Positions 10,679-23,432 of a stretch of DNA of 64,000 bases are shown piece after piece. The position numbers and the translations under genes are program-made. How positions within the stretch are numbered: the stretch's first letter is position 1; each line of letters begins with the position of its first letter. The DNA comes from the human T2T-CHM13v2.0 reference genome, Homo sapiens. The notes under the pieces are model-generated. The model was not told where the DNA came from. It saw only the letters and a program-made list of their open reading frames with translations, and searched no databases. The DNA lies in assembly GCF_009914755.1 (NCBI RefSeq), contig NC_060937.1. One strand, given 5' to 3'.

Positions 10679-13577
10679 ACAACACAATGAAATAATCACA
10701 ATGAGTAATTATGGGATCTATGGCAGAAATATATATATAGGGTACAATGGACAGAAGAGTTCATTCTACCTTCTAATTAGGATGACAATGGGTACAGGAA
10801 ATATTACCTGATTTGCAGTCATGAAAATTGAAAACATAAAAAACAATTAAATATTTATCAGTTTAACTCTTATGTATTAACAAGCCAAGGCTGAAGTAGT
10901 TTTTAGATTATTCAGTATAAGAAATTATCTGAGCCATTCACTACACATATACGGTTATGCAGAGAAACAGACACACACAATTATATAAATATATATGATT
11001 GGAAACTCATAGAATGTTGTTTTTCAACCCATTAAAAAAACACATTTTTAAAAAGACCACGTTATTGCTACAATACTTGGGTTAAGTGGACTGCGTTTCC
11101 ACGAATCAAAGGATCCAGGGAATTCTCTCTTTTCTTTATTGTCTGGCACACACAAGTCCCTCAAAATGTTTTGGTGAATAGCACTTAAATGTTTTAAACT
11201 TACATCCTACTGGGTCTTCTTCCTATATACCTATTTATGTATATTAGTATTAATTAAACAAGGATAATGTATCTAGAATATGCTATACAGCTACATTATC
11301 AGAATATTATCCAACCTGTTACTTCACTCACTCTGAGGAAAAAGTCCTAAACCTCTCATATGTATTTCATCTCTTTTATTTTAACTTCCAGTATAATAGA
11401 TGTGTCTATTCACGCCTTATCCCAGAACACTTGTATAGAAAAAGTAAAATATTTTAATATGCAACATAATTCAAATTAACTTTAAGAGTTAAATAAAACA
11501 AAGCAAAAGCCAATCTCCCTAACGGAAGCAAAAGTTACTGTTTCTTCATTAAATAAAGAATATTAAAATTCAAATGTGTGAGTTATTTGTGTAGACCCAT
11601 ATTATCTACTTGTATTAACGTAGCAAAGTGGTTTTAAATAAACTAATCGATATTTATAATGAGAGAATACAAAATTGTGCAGGAAAATTTAATGTCTCTG
11701 ATATATAAAATATTTCAGAAATATTGTCTTTGCTATAATTTTGTTGCAGCTATGTTTATTGTATTTTTATTTTTACACATTCAGGAACTGGAATGTTTAA
11801 GGAAATAGTTTACATATTCTAATCTTGATCTCAGATTCATTCAGTTAATTTTCTTCATCAGCCTGCTTTTATGTATCATCTTTTAAATATACTAAAGTAA
11901 ATTTTGTGATTAAAATTGTGTTCTAAAAATGACAACTTACCAATATATAAGTACACACTTTTGGGGGTAACCAAACTTTCAAAGTTTAGAGTTTTTCATA
12001 AATTTTTTCTTTCAGTTTTCAATAATTTTTGTATATAATTTCAAATAAACCAAAATCACAAATAAAAGCCCTAACTAGAAGAGAAATTTCAGTAGTGCTG
12101 TTAACCATTTTTCACAAACCAATATTCTACATGTATGAAATATTTTTGTCTCTGCATGTTAACAAAAGGAACTGAACCCAAAATCAGAGACTCCATATGA
12201 AACCATACCTAACCACCCCAAAAGTTTATGTTTAGCATTCAGATAAATCTGGGGACAGGGCAGCCTAAAAGAAGAGAAACAGAGGTTTTTACATTATTTC
12301 TGTGTTCTGTGCTTTTCATGCACGGTGTGATTTAGATTTCTTCCAAGCCATTTACATGGACCTACTTTTAACTGTATTTTTGATACCTCTGAAATTAGGT
12401 GCTTTTCTTCTCATAAAAATAAAAACTGCATTTTTAATGGAACTGTGGACAGTTACCTTGACAAAGAATTTTGTAGTTCTCTTGGCGCACATATGTGAAA
12501 AATTTCACACTGTTAACATGTCCAATAAAACAAAATTATTCTTTCAGGCAAATTCCAATTTGCATTTTTATTACGTAGAAAAAAGTGAGGTAAAACAATT
12601 CAAGATAACTTATCTTTAGACATAGTTGAAACAAGCTTTTTGCTGTTGAATAAACATAATTACAGCAAATTTTGTTGCTTTAGCTTTTAAACTGTGTTAT
12701 ATGGAAAACTTGAATTTAGAAGTACTATTGTTATGATGTTCTTTTGAATTATGAGTGAAGAGTAACTGTAAATTATAAAACTCACCAACATTAGAGTGAC
12801 TCAGGTTTTCTAGCTTGCTAACTACTCAAAAGAAAGGAGCATAAGTTGCTAACTAATTTGATATAGCTGACTTTACTAAAACAATCACTTAGTGAAGGAG
12901 ATTCAATGACCAAAAATAGAAAACCTAGCTTCCCAAAAGTCCTTATATAACACTAACATGTATTTTGGTCCTGGAAAAATATAATTTGATTTACATTATT
13001 TTATTTTCACACAAGAGGCTGATTTGTATGAGAAAATTTTACTTCACCAAAATGCTTTTTATCATGTCTTTTATGGAAAATCAAGTACCAATTTGTGTAA
13101 ATTATATTATACTATAAATAAAAACCCATGAGCTTGAAGTACATTGTGATAGAATTTTCAAATTTTTTTTAATTTTCAAAGTGCTATCTCACTCACCCTA
13201 AACAAAAAATCATTTTTTTTCTGTCTGTAAAATTATCTCACAGCCTATTTAAAACAGTAAATCATAATAATTTTTTGGAATAACAAAGTGTAACTATTAT
13301 AGCATTATGCATGAGCAGTACAATTTTCTTCATGGAGTCTCATAAAGAATTATACATTGTCATTACACTTAGTAATTATGTTGGAAAAATATAATTACAC
13401 ATTATAATGCATTTCCAGTATTATAAGTAATTGAACAAAAAACAATTCTATGAATAATTCATTTAATTGTTTTTAGAAAAGTATCTGTTATCAAAAAATT
13501 GTTAGAGACTTTAAGAGGAACAAAGAACTAAGTAGGGCTTCTATTAAAACTACATTTTCACAGTTTTGCAGAGGAAA

Positions 13578-13711
13578 TTATATATTATAACATGTATATA
13601 TTATATGTTATATATAAAATGTATGTATATAGAATATGTTACATATGTATATATTATATATTGTATATCTGTCATATTTTATATATATTATATATCATAT
13701 ATATGTCATAT
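13578..13711. repeat. TA-rich low-complexity tract
   Basis: Degenerate (TA)n/TATG run. Confidence 0.9.
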
Positions 13712-14132
13712 AACTTAAGAATGGATATTCTTAACTGATACAGAAATCTTGCTTCCACATCAATATGTGAAGTGTGACAATGTCCTTGGCAAAGAGAACG
13801 TATAGAAAATGCACATAAATTACATTAGCCCTGTGAGACCTATATTTAGATAGATTTTTCATTGCTATGGAAAATATGCTTTCATCTTTCATATTCTTTG
13901 ACTTTCACAGATTACTATTCATAAAAAATTAAATATGAAGTGTATCTAGACTTTTCACTACTTGACTTAATTTCTATGTATCCATTTTTGTGACTCAACT
14001 GTATTCATTATGTGTGTTTCTGGTGATTTGCAATCATTCAGTAATTGGAATATATTCTAACTCATTTTCAGTTAAATTGGATAGTTTCCAGAACATGTCT
14101 AGCAATTTTAGAAATTTGAAGCCTCATCTGAT

Positions 14133-14368
14133 TATAACAGTTAGCATATATTGACTGCCACCTATGTCCCAGATAGTGCCTTTTACATATATTACATCAC
14201 AAAAATCTTAAGGGATAGTTAACTTTAGACAGCCTATTTTTTAGATGAGAAAAACCTAAGCTTAGAGAGATTAATTACTTGCTAAATTAACTTGCAAATG
14301 AAGAAACCAAGTTAGAACCCAGATGGTCTAATATAAAAAGATAATATTTTAATGACTATATTACTATA
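14133..14368 (-). mobile_element. MIR SINE
   Basis: Reverse MIR core: TTTTAGATGAGAAAAACCTAAGCTTAGAGAGATTAATTACTTGC. Confidence 0.75.
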
Positions 14369-14774
14369 TGACCTCAGGTTTTATCAAGCATTCATGGAAT
14401 TGATTGTGAAATAACCAAATTAGTTAACAATAACTATTATAAAATATTAGACTGTAGCTACATTGTTTTAACTATATTATTAATCTGAGGATCTGTATAG
14501 TGCAATTATAGGTGGGTAGGTAGATAGATACATGGCTTGGCAGATTTCTTGACAAGCAATTCTTATGCACCAAACAGTCTAAATTTAAATATCTTAATAA
14601 AAACAGATATTACATTTGGAAGTTTCTTTACCCTGTGAACTTTTCATGATGCACACCCATGGCTTTTTTCCATTCTATTGACTCCAAATATTATCCCTGT
14701 TCACTTTGAGGCTCTAATACAGTAATTTTCCAATTACCTCATTAGGGGTCAAAAATCTCCACTTCTCTCATAAT

Positions 14775-15015
14775 ACAGTGGAAATGGCATGGCCTTCAAG
14801 TTAGGCGGATCCAAATTCAATTTTGTATTCTGCTACTACTAATTGTATAAACATAAAGAATTATTTAAAGTTCATCCATATGTAAATGTAAGGCAACCTC
14901 TACATCGTTTAATTTAGTCATTTAAAAAATGTTGATAATACCAACATCATGTCAAACCATGTATATAAAATCTATGTGGGGATATATTGAGTGCTCAAGA
15001 GGTATTAGCTAATAA
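14775..15015 (+). mobile_element. MIR SINE (degenerate)
   Basis: tRNA-like head remnant, CATATGTAAATG core remnant, 3' GTGCTCAA..ATTAGCTAAT. Confidence 0.55.
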
Positions 15016-16080
15016 ATAAAATAAGCAATTATCAATTGATTTAAAAAAATCAAATATGTCTTCAGATATGTTTAAATGGGCACATTTTCTTTGGTAGTAA
15101 AATGAAGTGTGCTATATAATTTTCCAAATAACAAAAACATCTAGTAAAATTATACATATAATCGCTCAGGGTTGAGATTTTGAGATGATTAAATGAAATA
15201 ATATTGTTAAATATGCAAAGACAAGTAAGACATTTTATGAAATGTCTCCCTCTCCCTCCCATCAAAGAAAAATCCGAATAGTTCATTTGAGCATAGATCC
15301 CTAGAAAAACATTTGCAATCATGAAATATACTTAATTACCCTTGTAGAACTCCTTTTAAAAGAAAATTGGTCTTGAGATAGAAGAAAAGAGATCTATGTC
15401 AATGGAGAAAATTGAAAATCATGAAACCTAGAGAATGAAGAAAAGAGGGAAAAAGTTACCTTAAAAGAATGTGTGCATACAAAATAGAATTTAATTTATG
15501 CTACTAAGTGAAAAAAAACGAGTTTTCCATTCATCTTCATTGGATACCATTCCAGATATTTATATTTAGCTATCAATCTCTCTTTAGCTGTAGTGGAAAA
15601 TCTTCATAGTGTGATTCAATTGCATTTAGTTTCTGCTTGTGTTCACCACATAACAAGCCCCAGATTAATACTTTTATACTGTCAATATCTCTCTATCTAA
15701 TGGACAGTGGCAATAAAACTTTCCACATAAATTATTATTATTTTTTAGTCTGTGCAAATGAAAAAGTCCTGGCTTTAAAATATAAATTAACAACATCTGT
15801 TCTGGAGTAAATCCTATTATATTACAATGAAGAGTCACAGATTGACCACCAAATTTTAGAGTGATCAGCCCTGACAAATACTGAACCCAGGTTAGTAAGA
15901 ATGTTTGTTTAATCTACAATTATTGACAAGCGATCAATGAGAGTCAGAGCTCCAACTATTGAAGCAAAATCATATGCTTGCTACCTGAAACGTTCCTCAT
16001 TTCCAGGATTTGTAGCAATGTCTCCTTGCATTAGTGAATTCAACAGCCTGGGCCTTCATGAAGCAAACTCCTAATTTAGT

Positions 16081-16243
16081 CAGGATGAGGCCAAACAATT
16101 TTGGGGGTTTCAGTGCAAAATGAAAATTCTGGGCCCCTTGTTCAAAAATTATTAGGATTTTCAAGATGGTGACAGTAGGGCATTAAGCCAGGTACAGAAG
16201 TCTGTGTGAATGTATATGTTGTAAACTCATAAAGCTGGCCCTG
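16081..16243 (-). mobile_element. MER45A-like hAT DNA transposon (MITE)
   Basis: CAGTGCAAAATGAAAA..GGGCCCCTTGTTCAAAAATTATTAGGATTTTCAAGATGG matches the reverse of recalled MER45A. CAGG...CCTG termini. Confidence 0.85.
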
Positions 16244-16740
16244 GATTTACTTCACATCATGATGGTTATCTTAAGAACTGTGCCAGAAATGAGATCTGTA
16301 GTTATGTTGTAGCAGATTTAATAAATTAAATTTTAAACAGCTAGTTGGTCCTAGATTAGGTTCCTGGATAGCAATCCAACATTCAAACTAGGACTGTGGC
16401 AATATGCAAAAAGAGAGAGAGAGAAAGTTGTATTTGCATAATCATTTAATTAATGTCACTCTTAAAGTCATGCTTTTGCTTGACATATATGAGGAAAAAT
16501 GAATGTTAATTAAGTTACCTAAGTTATTATGTACTTTTAGAGTCCAGGATTCACTTATTACATATTATTTAAGTAAACTTAAGCCTGCTTTCATAATCCA
16601 CTTTAATATTTTAACTGTTTTATTATCATTGTTGCTAGTATTTAAACTTTCTCCTAATGCTCTGTGTAATAATATTATTATCTTAATTTCTAGAGTGCTT
16701 ACAACAGGCTAGTCACTTTGTACCTGCTGTATGTATACAC

Positions 16741-16779
16741 ATAGATGGAAAGATAGATGGATAGACAGGTCTGATAGAT

Positions 16780-16830
<51 letters not shown>

Positions 16831-16897
16831 CTGACAGTTGGTAGATAGGTAGGTAGATAGATGATAGATAGATAGACAGATGATTGATAGATGACAG
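16741..16897. repeat. Compound (GATA)n tetranucleotide STR
   Basis: 12 uninterrupted GATA units from 16780, flanked by degenerate GATA/GACA/GGTA units. Confidence 0.98.
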
Positions 16898-17491
16898 GTA
16901 AATATTTAATCCAAGCTAAATTTAATCCAGCTCTTGAGATCAAGATAGGAGAGCCTTAAATATCTAATCCTATGAGAAACTCTACACCTCCAAAAGAATT
17001 TTTCTCTTCTTTTAGGATCCCCTCTGACTATTTTACTCTGTAGCACACTGGCCTATCCTTGTAGGTCTGTACTGAGAACACCCCATCACAGAAATGTAGC
17101 ATTAATGTGATTTCCACTTGTGTCCATAACAGAATTACTGAGATTTATTTACTCTGCACCATAAACAACAGTTAGGCAAAATATTGGGGAAAAGCTTTCA
17201 AATACTGAACAACAGGGAATGAAGGCCAGAGATCCCTGAGAGAAGGGAAAATGAATTGAGTTTACTAGGCCCAAAGTACAGGAAGAGAGAAATTGATCAG
17301 GATCCAACAGTCCCCTTGAGCTGGAGGGATTTCTCTCCAGGTCCCTGCCTTCCCTGTAGGCCTTGCCTGCTGCTTGTTACTTGATGCCAAGTCGGTGGTG
17401 TTTGGGGGCTTTTCATTTCTTGATTACACTTCTCAGTAAGCTGGTGAGTCTGGCCCCCAGAGGTGCAGTTTTTTTGAGGGTTTCTTTCCAG

Positions 17492-17900
17492 TTTTTTAAA
17501 AAATATTTTAATCGACACATAATAATTGTACAGATTCATAGGACACATAATAAGGTGATAAATATAATGTATACTGATCAGATCAGGGTAATTAGCATAT
17601 CCATCATCTCAAACATTTATCACTTCTTTGTGTTGGAAACAGTCACTAGCCTCCTTCTAGTTATTTAAAGCTATATATTATTGTTATCTAGAGTCACCCT
17701 ACAGTGCTATAGAACACTAGAACTCATTCCTCCTATCTAGATGTAATTTTGTGTCCTTTAATAAATCTCTCCCTGTCCCTCCCTTCTCCCAATCCTTCCC
17801 AGCTTCTGATATCCTCTGTTCTACCTTTCACTTCCATGAGATCAACTTTATTTTTTTTTAGCTTCCACATACGAGTAAGAACATGCAATATTCAGCTTTC
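17492..17900 (-). mobile_element. LINE-1 3' end (L1MA-type)
   Basis: GATCAGATCAGGGTAATTAGCATATCCATCATCTCAAACATTTATCA ... GCTATAGAACACTAGAAC ... CCATGAGATCAACTTT..AGCTTCCACAT. Confidence 0.9.
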
Positions 17901-18640
17901 TTTCACGGTGCAGAGTTTGCACTGTGGGAGTACACTCTGCCCCAACTCCTCTCCCCCTCCACCTGCAATAGCGGTTTACTTTTTGGTACCACAGCAGCAT
18001 CCTGGGACAGAAAGCTTTTCTACCCCTCCCTCATGAGTGCAAGCCATTTGCCTCTCCCTCCTCTAGAAACCATACCTGCTTTCCTCTGGGTAGATTTCCA
18101 GTCCCCATCCCAGCAGTTTAAAGTTCTTGTTTCTTAGAAGAGAAAGGTCTGGGAAATGGGTTTTGTGCCCTCTTCAGCCATAGCTGAGCATTTCCTGAAC
18201 GTCCTTGCTGTTATGTAGCTCGCTCTGTCCAGCACAGCTCCCAGTCTTCCTTGTGGACACCCTGGGAGGAAAGCTGACAAGTGAATGCAGTCCCCCTTAT
18301 ATTGTGGTTCTCAGTTGATCTAACCAGTCTCGCTGGCCCACGGTCAGCCTATAGACCTTCCTTAGAATCTAACTGACTTCTCTTGATCTCCTTTTAATGG
18401 AGATCACCCTAGTTCCCCACTCTGGCAAAAGGTGGAATGCTTTCTGTGCCCCTCCCTGCTTTCTGTGAGGGGCTTGATCCTCCCTGAAATTTATTTTACT
18501 CCATTGTCCTCAACCTCAGCTATTTGGTAGGCTCAAGAAAAGTTCTGATTTTGTCAATTACTCAAATTTTTTGTTTGATTATAGAGTGGGAACTATGTAC
18601 TCTCATACCTTCTTATATTCCATGCAGAAATAGAACTTCT
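17901..18640 (-). mobile_element. Probable ancient L1M 5' region remnant
   Basis: CAGCTATTTGGTAGGCTCAAGAAAAGTTCTGATTTTG..GAGTGGGA resembles reverse L1M 5' ends. Boundaries uncertain. Confidence 0.45.
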
Positions 18641-19331
18641 CTCAATGTATTTTGATCTGTTTTCTTTCTAAAGGTTCCTTCCCTTAGTGTTGTCACTGTT
18701 CCCTTTAATTTTTATTTATTTTTCTCTTTTTTCTCCTTTTTGTTTGCTTTGATATGTGTCTTTTCCGTAGGAACTTTTTTCAAATTTCTGGTGCCCTTTA
18801 TTGAAATATCTGTGGTCAATGTTAAGTGTATTCAGTGGTGGGTCCTGTAGTGGAAAGTTTTTTTCAGAAATACCCCAATGTCTATATTACTTATCATATA
18901 CAGATATACTCACCTCTCTTTTTGGCAGTTTGTATATTTGTAACAAGAGTCAAGTGTTCTATGAGCCAAGGATGAAAAAGAGTGGAGGTTCCATTATTTA
19001 ATCACCTTGCTTTTAGAACTTCTCAGGTCCAGAATATCTCTAAATAATTCTTTATTAACCTTTACGAGATAGAGAGCCTTTCATCTTGTACCATCCTAGG
19101 ACAGACACAGCATCCTGGCTGTACTGGATAAGGAAGCAGAAGATGCAGGTGTTCTTTAAAAAGCAATTATATATTTTTCTGTTTTCAGCTCCACCTTGCA
19201 ATCCCCAGTTCAGAAAGAAATGTTGCCTCAAATTTCCAAGTTGTCCTGGGGTTCTGCTTTGTGAATGGGATTTGATCCTTTTGGTCTTGCCTTTTAGACG
19301 TGTAGCAGAAGGAAGGCAGCCAAAGCCTCAT

Positions 19332-19676
19332 TGTATTAGTCCATTTTCACACTGCTGATAAAGACATACCCAAGACTGGGCAATTTACAAAAGAAAGAGG
19401 TTTATTGGACTTACAGTTCCACATGGCTGGGGGAGGCCTTACACTCATGGTAGAAGGTGAAAGGCACATCTCACATGGCAGCCCACAAGAGAAGAGAGCT
19501 TGTGCAGAAAAACTCCTCTTTTTAAAACCATCAGATCTCGTGAGACTTATTCACTATCATGAGAACAGCATAGGAAAAACCTGCCCCCACAATTCAATTA
19601 ACTCCCACCTGGTCCCTCCGACAACACATAAGAATTCAAGATGAGATTTGGCTGGGGACACAGCCAAACCATATCA
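19332..19676 (-). mobile_element. THE1 (MaLR) LTR, 3' LTR of a truncated element
   Basis: TGTATTAGTCC...CAGCCAAACCATATCA is the reverse of the THE1 LTR. Homologous to 33787-34154. Confidence 0.95.
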
Positions 19677-20520
19677 TTCTGCCTCTGGCCCCTCCCAAAT
19701 CTTATATTCTCACATTTCAGAACAAATCATGCCTTCCCAACAGCCCCCCAAAGTCTTAACTCGTTTCAGCCTCAACCCAAAAGTCCACAGTCCAACGTCT
19801 CATTTGAGACAAGACAAGTCCCTTTGGCCTATAAGCTTGTAAAATCAAAAGCAAGTTAGTTGCTTCCTAGATACAATGGGGATACAGGCACTGGGTAGAT
19901 ACAGCCATTCCAAATGGGAGAAATTGGCCAAAACAAAGGGGCTACAGGCCACATGCAAGTCCAAAATCCAGCAAGGCAGTCAAATCTTAAAGCTCCAAAA
20001 TGATCTCTTTGACTCCATGTCTCATATCCAGGTCACACTGATGCAAAAGGTCTGTTCCCATAGTCTTGGTCAGCTCTACACCTGTGGCTTTGAAGGATAC
20101 AGTCTCCCTCCTGGCTGCTTTCATGGGCTGGTGCTGAGTGTCTGTGGCTTTTGCAGGCACACGGTGTGAGCTGTTAGTGGATCTACCATTCTGGGTTCTG
20201 GAGGACAGTGGCCCTCTTCTCACAGCTCCATTAGGTTGTACCCCAGTAGGGACTCTGTGTGGGGACTCCAACCCCAAATTTCCCTCCTGCACTGCCCTAG
20301 TAGAGGTTCTCCACAACAGCCCTGCCTCTGCAGCAAATTTCTGCCTGCACACCCAGGCATTTTCATAAATCTTCTGAAATCTAGGCAGAGGTTCCCAAAC
20401 CTCAATTCTTGACTTCTGTGCACTGGCAGGCTCAACACCATGTTGAAGATGCCAAGGCTTGAGGCTTGCACCCTCTGAAGCCGCGGCCCGAGCTGTACCT
20501 TGGTCACTTTCAGCCACAGC
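19677..20520 (-). mobile_element. THE1 internal region, 3' ~840 bp only
   Basis: PPT (reverse of GGGAGGGGCCAGAGGCAGAA) abuts the LTR. Inverted homology to about 34850-35681. Ends abruptly near 20520. Confidence 0.93.
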
Positions 20521-21538
20521 TGACTATTGGCTCTGCATATTTTTGTTTTCTAAACTAATTTAGTCATTATTTTTTCCCTTTTTCTCCTAATATCCTTATG
20601 GAATATAATGATACATATGTTTTGTTTACTATTCTATGTCTTTGCATTTCTTTTTGTCACATTATCCTTGTTTAGGCATTATTTTATATTATTCTATAGA
20701 CGGAATCATTTAATTCAGTAACTATTTTTGCCAAAAATTTAAATGTTAAGAATTAAAAAAAATAGCATTGTATTTAGATGGAAAGCTTGGTATTGTGTCT
20801 CATTCTGTTCACAGTAGTTAACAGGTGTGAATTGCCTCTTCAGAAGCATAAATTTCCCGCTGTGTAGCCCTTTGTTCACTTCATGCTGCTTTCTAGCTCT
20901 ATTATGACTACCAAAATACCTGATTCTGCCTTAATGTAATTTTAAATGCTTTCTTGCTTTGAATAATGTTTATCTGTAAGGCCCTTCCTGAAATGAAAGT
21001 GAATGCAGTAAAGCAAGAGAATACCACATACTGTACATAACATTAATTCTCGAAAGATTACATGACAAATACACACACAAACATACATAAATTATATATA
21101 AATATATTCACATATGTGTATGTGTGTACAATAGTCCTTTAGTCTTTCTAAAATCAGATATGTGTGTATTTGTGTATGTATACATTCATTGAATAGAAAG
21201 TTTGGTTCAACACTGCAGATATAATATCTATCTCATTAACCTCTCTATCTTAGAATTTTAGAGATTCACGTAAGATGGAAGAAAATTATTTCTGGAAATT
21301 TATAGATGCTTACTGCCAATAGTGGACATATGTATTGATAAATATAAGCTATTAATAAGGTTACTAAATGACACTTGTCAGGAAAATAAGTACTGTTCTA
21401 TGAATCAGTGAGCTTTGTGAGTCACTTTCTGTATCCTTTCTAGGCCATAGACTTCAACTAGGATGTTCTATTCAGGAAAGGCCTCAGTTTAAAAAGATAT
21501 CACTCTACCACCAAAACAAGCCTACTAGAGAGTGTATC

Positions 21539-22308
<770 letters not shown>

Positions 22309-22399
22309 TAACATCATGGTGGAGCAGAAGATACAATCGCATCACTACTTGTGAAGATGCAGAAGTAGCATGCAACAAACAATGGTCTTTTTCGAGTAC

Positions 22400-22812
22400 T
22401 GTTAAAGCAGACTAAATATGCCTGAGAAGGACTCCGTAAGTCTATATTTGAGACCTTGTAGATGAACTGCAACCTAACTTAATAGGTAGACAAAATTGAA
22501 AACCTAATTTAGGAGTATGTGCCTGTAACAACGGCTGAGTCTTGGCCAATCCCAGCAGCCATTCTTCAACCAGTATTCAAACTGTGTTCAAATAAGCCAA
22601 ATGCCAAGCTGTAACCAATCCAGCTGTTTCTACACTTCACTTCCGATTTCTGTACCTTACTTTACTTTTTTTGTCTATAAATCTGGTCTGACCACGAAAC
22701 ACCCCTAGAGTTTCTGAATCTGCTGTGATTCTTGGGGCTGCCCGATTCGCGAATCGTTCATTGCTCTCAAGCTCCTTTAAATTTAATTCAACTGAAGTTT
22801 TTCTAATTAACA
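22400..22812 (+). mobile_element. MER57-like solo LTR (ERV1)
   Basis: TGTTAAAG...TTAACA termini with perfect 4-bp TSD GTAC (22396-22399, 22813-22816). Two CCAAT boxes; TATAAA at about 22676. Confidence 0.9.
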
Positions 22813-23314
22813 GTACTAGTGGCAGAGGTGGCATCAGCTTCCATCCCACCTGGGCTTGAGTGACCGTGTTAGGCAGAACTACAGCTTATGTGAAAGCTGG
22901 AGGGGAGCTCTAGACAGGGTGGTACTAGTGTGGTAAGGCAGCTCAGGCATAGCAAGCATAAAGAGAGAGCCTAGAGAGAGCAGCAAGAGTGCAAGAGTGG
23001 AGAGCATAAGAAGCAACTAGTATGGATGAAAAAAAGCAGGTAAGTCATATCCTGGTATGCACACAGATATTTCACGCAGGAAAAAAAAGTTAAATGTGAA
23101 TAAGATGCTTTTGACCTTTTTTATATCCATGGGCTGTTGAAGCCTAGGGACTTTCAGCTACCAAAATAATAATTCAGAACAAACAAAAGCCATAAATGTA
23201 TACACAATAGAAATGTTAATAAAATAAAAATAAGTTTATTATGTATCTTCAACTTCCACTTATTAGAATCTAAATTGTAAATGATAAAGGTAATGAGGTC
23301 ATCAAAGACAATGG

Positions 23315-23432
23315 CAAATTTAAGTGAGAAAATTAAAGTTTGCACAAAATGCAAAGGCAATTAAATAATTAGACAAATTTAAGTGAGATAATTAAAATTT
23401 GCACAAAATGCAAAGACAAATAAATAATTAGA
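23315..23432. repeat. 59-bp tandem duplication, 2 copies
   Basis: Copies start at 23315 and 23374; 4 mismatches in 59 bp by manual alignment. Confidence 0.95.
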
